NCBI RefSeq assembly: GCF_036568145.1
Contig: NZ_DATCTC010000015.1
Location: 4,077 to 68,076, forward strand
Direction of reading: 5' to 3'
Length of the DNA stretch: 64,000 nucleotides
Source of the DNA: Parasphingorhabdus sp.
Lineage (GTDB): Bacteria; Pseudomonadota; Alphaproteobacteria; Sphingomonadales; Sphingomonadaceae
The translations under genes and the position numbers were made by a program. The number at the start of each line of letters is the position of its first letter. Within the stretch, counting starts at the first letter, position 1. The notes beneath the pieces are model-generated. The model had not been told where the DNA came from and did no database searches. It was given only the letters and a program-made list of their open reading frames with translations. This document shows positions 36,257-44,919 of this stretch, in pieces.

Positions 36257-37186
36257 ATGACTATCCACGAGAATTTAACAGGCAGCCTTAGCGGCATCAT
36301 TCCGACTTTTGCAGGCGGGACGATGGACCGTGCGGATCAGGTGCGGGTCAACCCGGCGCGGCTCAAGGAAGAGATGATGCGGCCCAATGCGCGCCTGTTA
36401 AAGCTGGACGGGCTGAACCCCGTTTTTGATGCGATGGGCGATCTTGCATGGGGTGGGCTTTATGAGGCGTCGCCGGACAATGACCTGCTGCTATTGGGAA
36501 TAGATGATGGCGGGCGGCCCTGTTTTGCCGAGCTGACCGGCGCGGGCACTGCGACTTCGACGGGGGATCAGCGCTTGTGGCAGTCACTCAGCTTTTTACC
36601 GCCGGAGCAGGCGGGCGTCTATGCCACGGCGCGCAGTCTGGTCGACTGGCATGCGCGGCACCGCTTTTGCGCAAATTGCGGGCAGGTGACGGAGTCACGC
36701 AAAGGCGGCTGGTCAAGGACGTGCACAAGGGAAGAGGGGGGCTGCGGCGCGGAGCATTTCCCCCGCACCGACCCGGTTGCGATCATGCTGGCAGAATGCG
36801 AGGGCAAGATTTTGCTTGGCCGCCAAGCCCGCTTCCCGACCAAGCGGTTTTCGGCGCTGGCCGGTTTTATCGAGCCGGGCGAAAGTATCGAAGGCGGCGT
36901 TGCGCGCGAATTGTGGGAAGAGGCGGGCATCAAGGTCCGAAACGTGCGCTATATCGCCAGTCAGCCCTGGCCGTTCCCGTCATCGCTGATGATGGCCTGC
37001 ACCAGCGAAACGGATGATCCGACGCTGACCCTGGACGAGGAAGAGATCGAGGAAGCGGCTTGGTTCTCTCTGGACGAGGTGAAGGCCGCGATGAATGGTG
37101 ACGAGGACGCCAAGTTCATCGCGCCGCCGCCATTTGCGATTGCGTATAACCTGATTAAAAACTGGCTGGACGAGCAGGACGCCTGA
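36257..37186 (+). CDS. nudC: NAD(+) diphosphatase (NADH pyrophosphatase)
   Basis: Zinc ribbon CANCG....C..C, then the Nudix box GFIEPGESIEGGVARELWEEAGI and the downstream SQPWPFPSSLM motif specific to NudC. Confidence 0.88.
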   Translation: MTIHENLTGSLSGIIPTFAGGTMDRADQVRVNPARLKEEMMRPNARLLKLDGLNPVFDAMGDLAWGGLYEASPDNDLLLLGIDDGGRPCFAELTGAGTATSTGDQRLWQSLSFLPPEQAGVYATARSLVDWHARHRFCANCGQVTESRKGGWSRTCTREEGGCGAEHFPRTDPVAIMLAECEGKILLGRQARFPTKRFSALAGFIEPGESIEGGVARELWEEAGIKVRNVRYIASQPWPFPSSLMMACTSETDDPTLTLDEEEIEEAAWFSLDEVKAAMNGDEDAKFIAPPPFAIAYNLIKNWLDEQDA

Positions 37187-37200
37187 CCGGCCAGGCACTT

Positions 37201-37611
37201 CTAGACCAGACCCAGTTTGGATAGCTCGCCCAGCATTTCCGCGGGCATTTCGTCCGTGCCTTCTGCGCCTTCGCCCAGATCGGGGGGAGCGTCTTGCTCT
37301 TCCAGATAGCGCCAGCCTTGATGCGCGCGGCGGGGGATGGTCTGTACTGCGATCAGTCTGGGTTCCAGCCGTATCCATTGCCGCCCTGCGCCATTGTCCA
37401 TGAACCCGATGAGCGGACTGCGCCCGACAATGGTTTTCGCGTGTATCCAGTAAAGCGAACCGCCCACCATTTCGGCATGGCGTTTGGGCAGATACCGGGT
37501 GGTAAGCCGCGCTTCACCAGCCTGCCTGTGCGATTCCAGCCAAGCCCGCAAGGTGGCGGGGCTTTCGCTGCGATAGGCGATTTTGGTCATGTTTAGCGGC
37601 ATGGCATCCAT
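37201..37611 (-). CDS. DUF1489 family protein
   Basis: 136-aa ORF. The pattern L.MTKIAY...S...L..W......LYWI.....VGR..I resembles the alphaproteobacterial DUF1489 family. An alternative start lies at 37602. Confidence 0.6.
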   Translation of the reverse strand: MDAMPLNMTKIAYRSESPATLRAWLESHRQAGEARLTTRYLPKRHAEMVGGSLYWIHAKTIVGRSPLIGFMDNGAGRQWIRLEPRLIAVQTIPRRAHQGWRYLEEQDAPPDLGEGAEGTDEMPAEMLGELSKLGLV

Positions 37612-37647
37612 GTGTGACCCACGACCGGATTAGTCAAGCGGGCGCGA

Positions 37648-38085
37648 TTATTGCTTTTGCAGCAGCTTCTCAATCTCGTCGAGCGGATGGTTCGTCCAGT
37701 CCTTGTCGACCTCTCCGCACAACCTGTCGAGCACCTCGACGTGCAGATGCTGCCGCAATTCGCCAAGCGTATTCGGGGTGGCCACGATGATCAGGTCGGA
37801 AAAATCATTGTCATAAGCCCGCTTGTAAAGACGGTCGGATATATCCGCAGCGAAGCGGTCCTTGGCCAGTTCGTGCCAGTCGGTATCGTCAACCGCGCTT
37901 CTGTGATCGCCGTTGTCGAACATTCGACCGGGCCGATTGGCGGCTTGTTCGCGGTTGGGGGGATTATCCTGTTCCTGTTTTCTTTCGACTTGCAGGTTGG
38001 GATATTTTTCGTCTCCCTCGTTGCGCAGGAATAGCGCTTTTTCGCCATCGGCGATCAGGACAAGGGCATCGCTGGGAATGTGCAT
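37648..38085 (-). CDS. Host attachment protein family (baeRF12-like)
   Basis: 145-aa ORF. ALVLIADGEKALFLRN.G, R.GR.FD..G.HRSA....D.HE....RFA..I and L.IVA.P..LGELR match the family annotated as host attachment protein. Confidence 0.7.
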   Translation of the reverse strand: MHIPSDALVLIADGEKALFLRNEGDEKYPNLQVERKQEQDNPPNREQAANRPGRMFDNGDHRSAVDDTDWHELAKDRFAADISDRLYKRAYDNDFSDLIIVATPNTLGELRQHLHVEVLDRLCGEVDKDWTNHPLDEIEKLLQKQ

Positions 38086-38255
38086 GAGGTTTTACTCTCC
38101 TTTTCTATCGGTTTGAGTGGCCTTTCCATGTCAACGCACCGCCTGGGAAAAGGCTCCGGACATTTTTATGAAATATATTATTGCAAATCATTCGCAATAT
38201 CAATATCCCATGGATGGGCGAAGAGGCAAAGCAAGTCAGAAAAAAGGAGAAATCA

Positions 38256-38690
38256 ATGGGTGTCTGGTCAGGTCAGCTTGGAAAACTATTAACACCAATG
38301 CCGGATTTAATGTCTCTGCCTAGCGCAGAAGCGCGGATCATCATAGCTATCCGCGTTGCGGTGGCGAGCCAGAAAGCCTTTCGTGATGCGCGGCCTTTTT
38401 TACGGGAACGTCTGGGTAGCGATCTGGCGGTGAGCCGGTTCCTGATCATGATCGAATCGATTGGCGGCGCCTGGCCGGAAGCGGTTAAAATAGGCCGCGC
38501 CTGTTGTCCGCACAGCATGCCAGACGAGATATTGCTGCTCAGCATGTTGCGGCATGTGGTGGAGGGCGACCGGCCGCGCTTTGATGCTTTGACCCGCGAG
38601 ATGATCGGCGATAGCGGACGGGATCGTATTTATACGGATATGGAGAATTTCGCGGCTGTTTATGGAACAGAGAAGAGGGGTTTTAATTAA
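38256..38690 (+). CDS. Hypothetical protein (144 aa)
   Basis: AGGAGA RBS 5 nt before ATG 38256 and coding-like composition. I recognise no family. The track ORF starts upstream at 38181. Confidence 0.5.
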   Translation: MGVWSGQLGKLLTPMPDLMSLPSAEARIIIAIRVAVASQKAFRDARPFLRERLGSDLAVSRFLIMIESIGGAWPEAVKIGRACCPHSMPDEILLLSMLRHVVEGDRPRFDALTREMIGDSGRDRIYTDMENFAAVYGTEKRGFN

Positions 38691-38979
38691 ACCTCAGGCG
38701 GGGGGATTTTTTATTAGACCTCAGGCGCCGGGCGCGGGCATCCGCCCGCTTGGCTTTCCTCGCATAAGCTCGGGCGCGCGGTCGCGCGGTCGCGCTTGCC
38801 GACGCTGCGCGCCGGACTGGCGCTCCCATTACGCGACAGTTATGACACTCACCTGACCGACGCGAAGCGGAGGCAAGGCCGACCGGCCGCCGCGCCTTAT
38901 GGCGCGTAGCCAAGGGCGCGGATGCGCCCGCCCGGCGCCTGAGGTCTAATAAAAAATCCCCGCGCCCGGCGCTTGAGGT
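38691..38979. repeat. GC-rich long-hairpin intergenic repeat, copy C (inner unit 38718-38945 nested in an outer pair of terminal motifs)
   Basis: Same TIRs and arms as copies A and B. An outer pair ACCTCAGGCGGGGGGATTTTTTATTAG / CTAATAAAAAATCCCCGCGCCCGGCGCTTGAGGT encloses the inner unit. There is an internal 8-bp tandem duplication GGTCGCGC at 38780-38795. Confidence 0.85.
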
Positions 38980-38988
38980 CTAAAAAAA

Positions 38989-40398
38989 CTAAAGCGAAAC
39001 CATCCCGCTGAGCACAGCCAGACCAAGGAACGCCAAAAAGCCCATCGTGTCGGTTATCATCGTCACGAATACGGAGGAGGCCAGGGCAGGGTCCTGATTC
39101 ATCCTTTCCAGCGTGACCGGAACCACTATCCCTGCAAAACCGGCGACAAGGATGTTAATCACCATCGCCGCCGCGATCACACTGCCCAGCATGATGTTGG
39201 AAAATATCAGCCCGGTACCAAGGCCGACCAGTATCGCGATAGTCCCGCCGTTCAGCAGCGCAATACGGAACTCGCGCCCGATAATCCGTCTGGTATTGGA
39301 ACGCGTCAGCTCGTTCATCGCCAGCGCGCGCACCGATACCGCCATAGTCTGGGTTCCTGCATTGCCGCCAATGGATGCGACAATCGGCATCAATATCGCC
39401 AGCGCCACCATCTTTTCAATCGCCCCGCCAAAAATCGCAATGACCAGACTGACGGCCATCGCGGTAACAAGATTGGCGATCAGCCAGCGGACGCGCGCTA
39501 TATAACTGTCCCTGATCGGCTCGTTAATATCGCCTTCACCCGCACCGGATAGCAGCAACACGTCTTCGCTGGCTTCATCTTCGATAATGTGCAGAACGTC
39601 ATCAACCGTAATCATACCGATCAACCGGCCGTCTTCGTTGACCACCGCGGCAGAGATAAGATTATATTTCTGGAACCGGATAGCGACTTCTTCCTGATCC
39701 ATATCGACGGGGATCAGGGTCTGTTCCCGCTTCATGATATCGGAGACCGCAATGTCCCGGGGAACGCGCAATATCCAGCTTAGCTGGCACGTACCGACCG
39801 GCTTGTGCGCGGGATCGACGACATAAACTTCCCAAAATTCGGTAGTAAGATCATTATGCTCGCGCAAATAGTCGATCAGCTGCCCGACATTCAGATGTTC
39901 CGGCACGGCGACCAGATCGCGCTGCATGATCCGGCCAGCAGATTTTTCCGGATAGGTCAGCGCGCTTTCGATAACCGCGCGGTCTTCCGGTTCCAGCTCG
40001 GCGAGCACGGCTTGTTGTTCGGCCTTGTTCAAATCCTCGATGATTGAAACCGCGTCGTCGGTATCAAGCTGTTCGGTCAGGTCGGCAATCTGGCCGGGAT
40101 CGAGCACGCCGATCAAATCGTCGCGCACATATTCGTTCATTTCCGACAACACATCGGCGCTGACCAGATCGCCAAGGGCGTTGGCTAACGGCGCGCGCTC
40201 TTCACGGCCGATCAGCTCGAACAGGTCGGCAATGTCCGCGTTGTGCAGCGGGTTGACCAGTTCCTGCGCCAGATTATTGTCGCCACTGTCAACCGCAACG
40301 GAAACCAGCCGGACAAATTCGTCGGTCAGGCGGTTATCTTCATCGTGGCTGGGCGGTGCAGCATCTTCTATTTCCGGAGCTTCAGTCATATCGGCCAT
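38989..40398 (-). CDS. mgtE: Magnesium transporter MgtE
   Basis: 469-aa ORF with an acidic N-domain, tandem CBS domains, and a C-terminal 5-TM domain carrying PIVASIGGNAGTQ and D..GF motifs. Confidence 0.93.
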   Translation of the reverse strand: MADMTEAPEIEDAAPPSHDEDNRLTDEFVRLVSVAVDSGDNNLAQELVNPLHNADIADLFELIGREERAPLANALGDLVSADVLSEMNEYVRDDLIGVLDPGQIADLTEQLDTDDAVSIIEDLNKAEQQAVLAELEPEDRAVIESALTYPEKSAGRIMQRDLVAVPEHLNVGQLIDYLREHNDLTTEFWEVYVVDPAHKPVGTCQLSWILRVPRDIAVSDIMKREQTLIPVDMDQEEVAIRFQKYNLISAAVVNEDGRLIGMITVDDVLHIIEDEASEDVLLLSGAGEGDINEPIRDSYIARVRWLIANLVTAMAVSLVIAIFGGAIEKMVALAILMPIVASIGGNAGTQTMAVSVRALAMNELTRSNTRRIIGREFRIALLNGGTIAILVGLGTGLIFSNIMLGSVIAAAMVINILVAGFAGIVVPVTLERMNQDPALASSVFVTMITDTMGFLAFLGLAVLSGMVSL

Positions 40399-40579
40399 GT
40401 CGATGCTCCCTTTTTTCGGCTTTGCTGCGTCACATATCGCGGGGTTTGTAATAGCTGTAACGCCCTAATTGCAATCTTTTGTGAAATTTATCGCATGCAG
40501 CGGGTGATTTTTGGAAACAGCGCGCTTATATGCAGGGCCATAAGATTGATAACCCAAACACAACTATAAGGAATAAAGC

Positions 40580-41029
40580 ATGGCGCACGAAAAAATGACA
40601 CTCCACCTTGATACAGGTGATGTTGAAATCAAACTGCGTCCTGATCTGGCGCCCGGCCATGTCCAGCGGATTACCGAACTTGCCGCAGAAGGTTTTTATG
40701 ACGGCGTAGTCTTCCACCGCGTGATTGACGGTTTCATGGCGCAAGGCGGTGACCCCACCGGCACCGGCATGTCCGGATCCGACAAGCCGGATATTCCGGC
40801 AGAATTCAGCCAGGAACGCCATGCCCGCGGCGTATGCTCCATGGCTCGTACGATGGACCCGAACAGCGCGAACAGCCAGTTTTTCATCTGTCTTGACGAT
40901 GCCAGCTTCCTTGACGGACAATATACGGTCTGGGGCGAAGTGACGAGCGGCATGGAAGCTGTTGACGCGCTGCCCAAGGGCGAACCACCAGCAAATCCCG
41001 GCTCGATCAAAAGCATTACGCTTGGCTAA
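40580..41029 (+). CDS. Cyclophilin-type peptidyl-prolyl cis-trans isomerase
   Basis: FHRVI.GFMAQGGDPTGTG..G and SANSQFFI motifs. 149 aa with no signal peptide. Confidence 0.92.
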   Translation: MAHEKMTLHLDTGDVEIKLRPDLAPGHVQRITELAAEGFYDGVVFHRVIDGFMAQGGDPTGTGMSGSDKPDIPAEFSQERHARGVCSMARTMDPNSANSQFFICLDDASFLDGQYTVWGEVTSGMEAVDALPKGEPPANPGSIKSITLG

Positions 41030-41067
41030 GCCAGACATTTGTTTCTGTGATTCAGTAAAATCATATA

Positions 41068-41508
41068 GTGAAAACCGCCTTCCTCTCCGGCCTTGCATGG
41101 ACCAGCCTGTTGCTGGCATCTTGCTCGGCCGGGGATCAGGACGCCGGTAACAGTGATAATGCCGGGGCCATGACCATTGACCCCGCGAGCATTGACCCGG
41201 CGGCTGCCGAAACCGGTTATCTTGCACAGATGCAGGGTGACTGGACATCCGATGAGGATGCCAGAAACACCATAAGCATAAGGGGTAGCCGCTTTCAGTC
41301 TTTCACTGATGGTGCCTTGCAAGATGATGTGCCGATCATTTTCGTGGACAGTTGCAAAACCCTTGTCCCCGATATGGCTGGAAAAACATTTGTTCTGCAG
41401 GGTAAAGAAAAACAGACCTGCTACCTGATCTATTCCGTGTCAGAAGATAAGCTAAATTATATTGAAAGTAGCCGCGGAAGAACGTCGCGGTTCACACGAG
41501 AGAAATAG
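41068..41508 (+). CDS. Hypothetical lipoprotein
   Basis: GTG start and lipobox LLASC. 146 aa with no recognised family and no clear RBS. Confidence 0.5.
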   Translation: MKTAFLSGLAWTSLLLASCSAGDQDAGNSDNAGAMTIDPASIDPAAAETGYLAQMQGDWTSDEDARNTISIRGSRFQSFTDGALQDDVPIIFVDSCKTLVPDMAGKTFVLQGKEKQTCYLIYSVSEDKLNYIESSRGRTSRFTREK

Positions 41509-41525
41509 CTGATTTGGAGATGAGC

Positions 41526-42422
41526 ATGACCGACAAACTCGCTGAATATGTCCCGCCCGCAATCTGGAAATGGGATAGTAAAAATGGCGGCCGTTTTGCG
41601 AATATCAACCGCCCGGTTGCAGGAGCCACCCATGACAAGAAATTGCCGGTCGGCAAGCATCCCTTCCAGCTCTATTCGCTGGGGACGCCCAATGGCGTAA
41701 AAGTCACCATCATGTTGGAAGAGCTGTTGGAAGCGGGCGTGACTGCGGCGGAATATGACGCATGGCTTATCAATATCAACGATGGCGACCAGTTTGGCAG
41801 CGGCTTTGTGGACATTAACCCGAACAGCAAGATTCCGGCGATGATGGATCATAGCACCACACCGCCAACCCGGCTTTTTGAATCCGGTTCGATGCTGGTC
41901 TATCTTGCTGAAAAATTTCAAAAGTTTCTGCCCACCGATCATTGGAAACGCACAGAGGCGATGAACTGGATGTTCTGGCAAATGGGCAGCGCACCTTTCC
42001 TTGGCGGCGGTTTCGGGCACTTCTATGCTTATGCTCCCGAAAAATTCGAATATCCCATCAACCGCTATGCGATGGAAGCAAAGCGGCAGATGGATGTGCT
42101 GGACCGCCATCTGGACTCCCATGAATATTTTGCTGGCGACGAATATAGTATCGCGGATATGGCGATATTCCCGTGGTATGGCGGTATGGCCAGCGGAACA
42201 TTATATGACGCTGGCGAGTTTCTTCAGGTGCAGGATTATAAAAACCTGCAACGCTGGACCAAGCAGATTAACGACCGCCCGGCGGTCAAGCGCGGCAAGA
42301 TGGTCAACCGCAGCTTTGGCGAGCCGGAGACACAGCTTCACGAGCGCCACGACGCCAGCGATTTTGAAACCAATACCCAGGACAAAAGAATTGCCCGCGG
42401 TGAGGTTGAGGCACCGGAATAA
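41526..42422 (+). CDS. yghU: Glutathione-dependent disulfide-bond oxidoreductase, Nu-class GST (YghU-like)
   Basis: Near-colinear with E. coli YghU as I remember it (W.WD...GG.FANINRPV.G.TH.K.LPVGKHP.QLYSLGTPNG.KVTIMLEELL..GV..AEYDAW.I.I.DGDQF.SGFV..NPNSKIPA; C-terminal LHERHDASDFETNT.DKR). The start is at ATG 41526 (GGAGA RBS). Confidence 0.9.
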   Translation: MTDKLAEYVPPAIWKWDSKNGGRFANINRPVAGATHDKKLPVGKHPFQLYSLGTPNGVKVTIMLEELLEAGVTAAEYDAWLININDGDQFGSGFVDINPNSKIPAMMDHSTTPPTRLFESGSMLVYLAEKFQKFLPTDHWKRTEAMNWMFWQMGSAPFLGGGFGHFYAYAPEKFEYPINRYAMEAKRQMDVLDRHLDSHEYFAGDEYSIADMAIFPWYGGMASGTLYDAGEFLQVQDYKNLQRWTKQINDRPAVKRGKMVNRSFGEPETQLHERHDASDFETNTQDKRIARGEVEAPE

Positions 42423-42482
42423 TAGGTCTGGATTAAGCGCGAAACCTTCCGCTGTCCGATGCCGATCTGGTCATGAAGAAAT

Positions 42483-43316
42483 CTAGTCGGGAATAGTCCC
42501 GAAGGGCACGACCTTGTTCTCTGCATCATGGCCAATATCTGCCGTGCCCAGATAGGGGATGTCATAGCGCTTGCACCAGTGCCGGATGATCTGGTCGGCA
42601 TCTTCCCCGAACGGGCGGTTATTTTCTGGCACCTCGCTGACCCGGCCCAGCCTTATTCCGGCAAGTCCCTGGCCCGCAAGATGGGTGGTGACATTGAACA
42701 TGGCTCGGTCGAAAGCATAAAGATATTCGGCAATTTCCTCGATCATCAGGACATGGCCTTCAAGGTCGGGGAGCAGCGGCGTGCCGACCATCATCGCCAG
42801 CGTCATCAGGTTGAACGCGGCATATTTCCGGCCCGGCTCGATATGGGGCTCCAGCGCCGCATGGTCCCGCCGCACCAGCCAGTCCAGCCCGCGCCGCACC
42901 GCTGCATCGCCTCCCTCGCGCCGGATATCCACCGGCATCGGGCCGTGCGCCTGGGTGCCGATCCTGGCTTTGTACAGCGCTCCGAGCAAGTTCCCGCCAT
43001 CGCTATAGCCCATAAAATGCTTAACATGCGATACAGGCTCCATTCGCTCCATAACTGCATCCGCAATCCGCGCCGCACCATATCCGCCCCGCGCAAACCA
43101 CACCGCATCAATTGTCGGATCATTGGCAAGTGCAACGAAAGCGGAAGCGCGCAGCTCATCATTGCCTGCAAAATGACCCTCTATGGCAAAGCATTGATCG
43201 TGAAAGACCAATTGCGCCTCAGGATGGCTTTCACTGGCAAGCGCAATTAACTGATCGGCCTCTTCCGGGTAAAGGGGCGTTGACGGTGCGCAAATACCGA
43301 TCCTGACCTGTTCCAC
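42483..43316 (-). CDS. ldcA: LD-carboxypeptidase (peptidase S66, muramoyltetrapeptide carboxypeptidase-like)
   Basis: ARGGYGA, the GYSD nucleophile motif, a downstream E and a GHD-type His. The start was chosen at GTG 43316 (GGGGGAG RBS 10 nt upstream). The track ORF extends to 43445 and would overlap the divergent Mur-ligase gene. Confidence 0.8.
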   Translation of the reverse strand: MEQVRIGICAPSTPLYPEEADQLIALASESHPEAQLVFHDQCFAIEGHFAGNDELRASAFVALANDPTIDAVWFARGGYGAARIADAVMERMEPVSHVKHFMGYSDGGNLLGALYKARIGTQAHGPMPVDIRREGGDAAVRRGLDWLVRRDHAALEPHIEPGRKYAAFNLMTLAMMVGTPLLPDLEGHVLMIEEIAEYLYAFDRAMFNVTTHLAGQGLAGIRLGRVSEVPENNRPFGEDADQIIRHWCKRYDIPYLGTADIGHDAENKVVPFGTIPD

Positions 43317-43391
43317 TATATTTTCACTCCCCCGACCTTGTTTTGCACCAATCCAATTGCCAAAAAGCTGCCGAGGCCATAGCGGGGGAAT

Positions 43392-44792
43392 ATGACTAAA
43401 GACAAATCCTATTATTTTTGCGGCATAGGCGGCTCCGGAATGCAACCTCTGGCAATGATTGTCCGGGAAAGCGGTGCCGAGGTATCAGGATCCGACCGTG
43501 CGCTGGATCAAGGGCGTCTGGCAGCAAAATTTGAATGGTTGAAAGGCAAGGGCATTGGCCTGTTTCCGCAAGACGGCAGCGGGATTACTTCCGGCGATCA
43601 GATACTGGTCGCGTCTGCCGCGATTGAAGACAGCGTGCCGGATGTTGCGAAAGCCAAAAGCCTTGGCTGCAAGCGCATGACACGAGCCGAATTGCTTGCC
43701 GAGCAGTTTAATGCTTCCCCGCAAAGCGTTGCGATTGGCGGAACCAGCGGGAAATCGACCGTGACCGGCATGATCGGCTGGATATTGACCCAAGCCGGTC
43801 TGGATCCGACCATCATGAACGGTGCGGTAATGAAAAACTTCGTTGCCGATGACGCCCCCTTCGCCAGTTCGCGGGTGGGTAATGGCGGGATCATGGTCAG
43901 CGAGGTGGATGAAAGCGACGGATCTATCGCTTTATTTAATCCCGATATTGCTGTGCTGAACAATGTGAGTCTGGATCATAAAAGCCTTGAGGAGCTGCGT
44001 CAGCTTTTCGGTGATTTTGCGAGTAAAGCCAGCCATTGTGTCTGGAACCGGGATGATCCCGAAACCGCATCTTTGGTCGGCGGGCTGGACTTGCAAGGAG
44101 CGATAAGTTTCGGTTTCAGCGAAGGCTCTGATTTCCGGGCTACCGCCATAAACGAAGCACTGATCAGCAGCCGCTTCACGCTCTCTACGGGTGGGGAGGA
44201 GTTTACGGTCACGCTTCAGGTGCCGGGCCATCACAACATCGCCAATGCGCTGGCGGCCATTGCTGCAGCATCGGCTGTCGGTGTACCGGTTGCGCAATCT
44301 GTTGCCGCTATCTCAAGTTTCAGCGGCCTTGCCCGGCGCTTTGATGTTGTGGGAACGGTAAATGAGATCAGCGTGATTGATGATTTCGGGCATAATCCCG
44401 ACAAGATCGCCGCCACGCTAAAAACTATGAAAGCCTTTCCGGGGCGTATCATTGCCTTTTTCCAGCCCCATGGCTTTGGTCCTATAAAGAAAATGGGATC
44501 AGAATTGTCGCAGGTTTTTGCAGAGATACTGGACAAGGATGACTGTGTAATCCTGTGCGATCCGGTTTATTTCGGCGGTACCGTTGACCGCACTATCAGT
44601 AGCGAATCGATTGTGGAAGCAGTTAAGGGTCCCGGAGGAAATGCGAAATATATCGCCAGCCGGGCTGATTGCGGCGAGTATATAGTGGAGATCGCCAAGC
44701 CCAGGGACCGTATCGTGATCATGGGCGCGCGCGATGATACATTGAGCATATTTGCCTCGGATATTTTACGTAAATTATCCGGCAAATCCTAA
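43392..44792 (+). CDS. Mur ligase family protein (MurC/Mpl-like), probable peptidoglycan-recycling ligase
   Basis: 466-aa ORF with a Rossmann N-domain (FCGIGGSGMQPLA....GA.VSGSD), an ATP P-loop GTSGKST, and a Mur ligase C-domain. It lies divergent from ldcA and outside any dcw cluster in this window. Confidence 0.75.
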   Translation: MTKDKSYYFCGIGGSGMQPLAMIVRESGAEVSGSDRALDQGRLAAKFEWLKGKGIGLFPQDGSGITSGDQILVASAAIEDSVPDVAKAKSLGCKRMTRAELLAEQFNASPQSVAIGGTSGKSTVTGMIGWILTQAGLDPTIMNGAVMKNFVADDAPFASSRVGNGGIMVSEVDESDGSIALFNPDIAVLNNVSLDHKSLEELRQLFGDFASKASHCVWNRDDPETASLVGGLDLQGAISFGFSEGSDFRATAINEALISSRFTLSTGGEEFTVTLQVPGHHNIANALAAIAAASAVGVPVAQSVAAISSFSGLARRFDVVGTVNEISVIDDFGHNPDKIAATLKTMKAFPGRIIAFFQPHGFGPIKKMGSELSQVFAEILDKDDCVILCDPVYFGGTVDRTISSESIVEAVKGPGGNAKYIASRADCGEYIVEIAKPRDRIVIMGARDDTLSIFASDILRKLSGKS

Positions 44793-44919
44793 ACGCTAAA
44801 GACTGTATCTCATGGATCTTTGATCAAAAGTAGTTGCTGCCAACGTAAATCAGGCCCCAAAAGGGGCCCGATCATGAAAATTATTTCTGATGAAAAGTGA
44901 AATCAGATTTCACGTCTAA

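Noticed and set aside
38691-38979. Interpreting the long-hairpin repeats as bidirectional Rho-independent terminators.
   Set aside because: On both strands the T-runs lie 5' of the GC-rich stems and the A-runs lie 3'. This extends the hairpin but is the opposite polarity from a canonical terminator U-tract. In addition, copies A and B lie between divergent genes, where no terminator is needed.
40399-40579. An M-box (Mg2+) riboswitch in the 181-bp mgtE leader.
   Set aside because: I could not find any of the conserved M-box core strings or the three-helix layout. The region is short and AT-rich, and it also has to house the divergent PPIase promoter.
43317-43445. An N-terminal 43-aa extension of the LD-carboxypeptidase ORF (track start 43445).
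   Set aside because: The extension would overlap the divergent Mur-ligase start by 54 bp, and it has no family-like sequence. An internal GTG with a GGGGGAG RBS gives the conserved (M)EQVRIGICAPS N-terminus.
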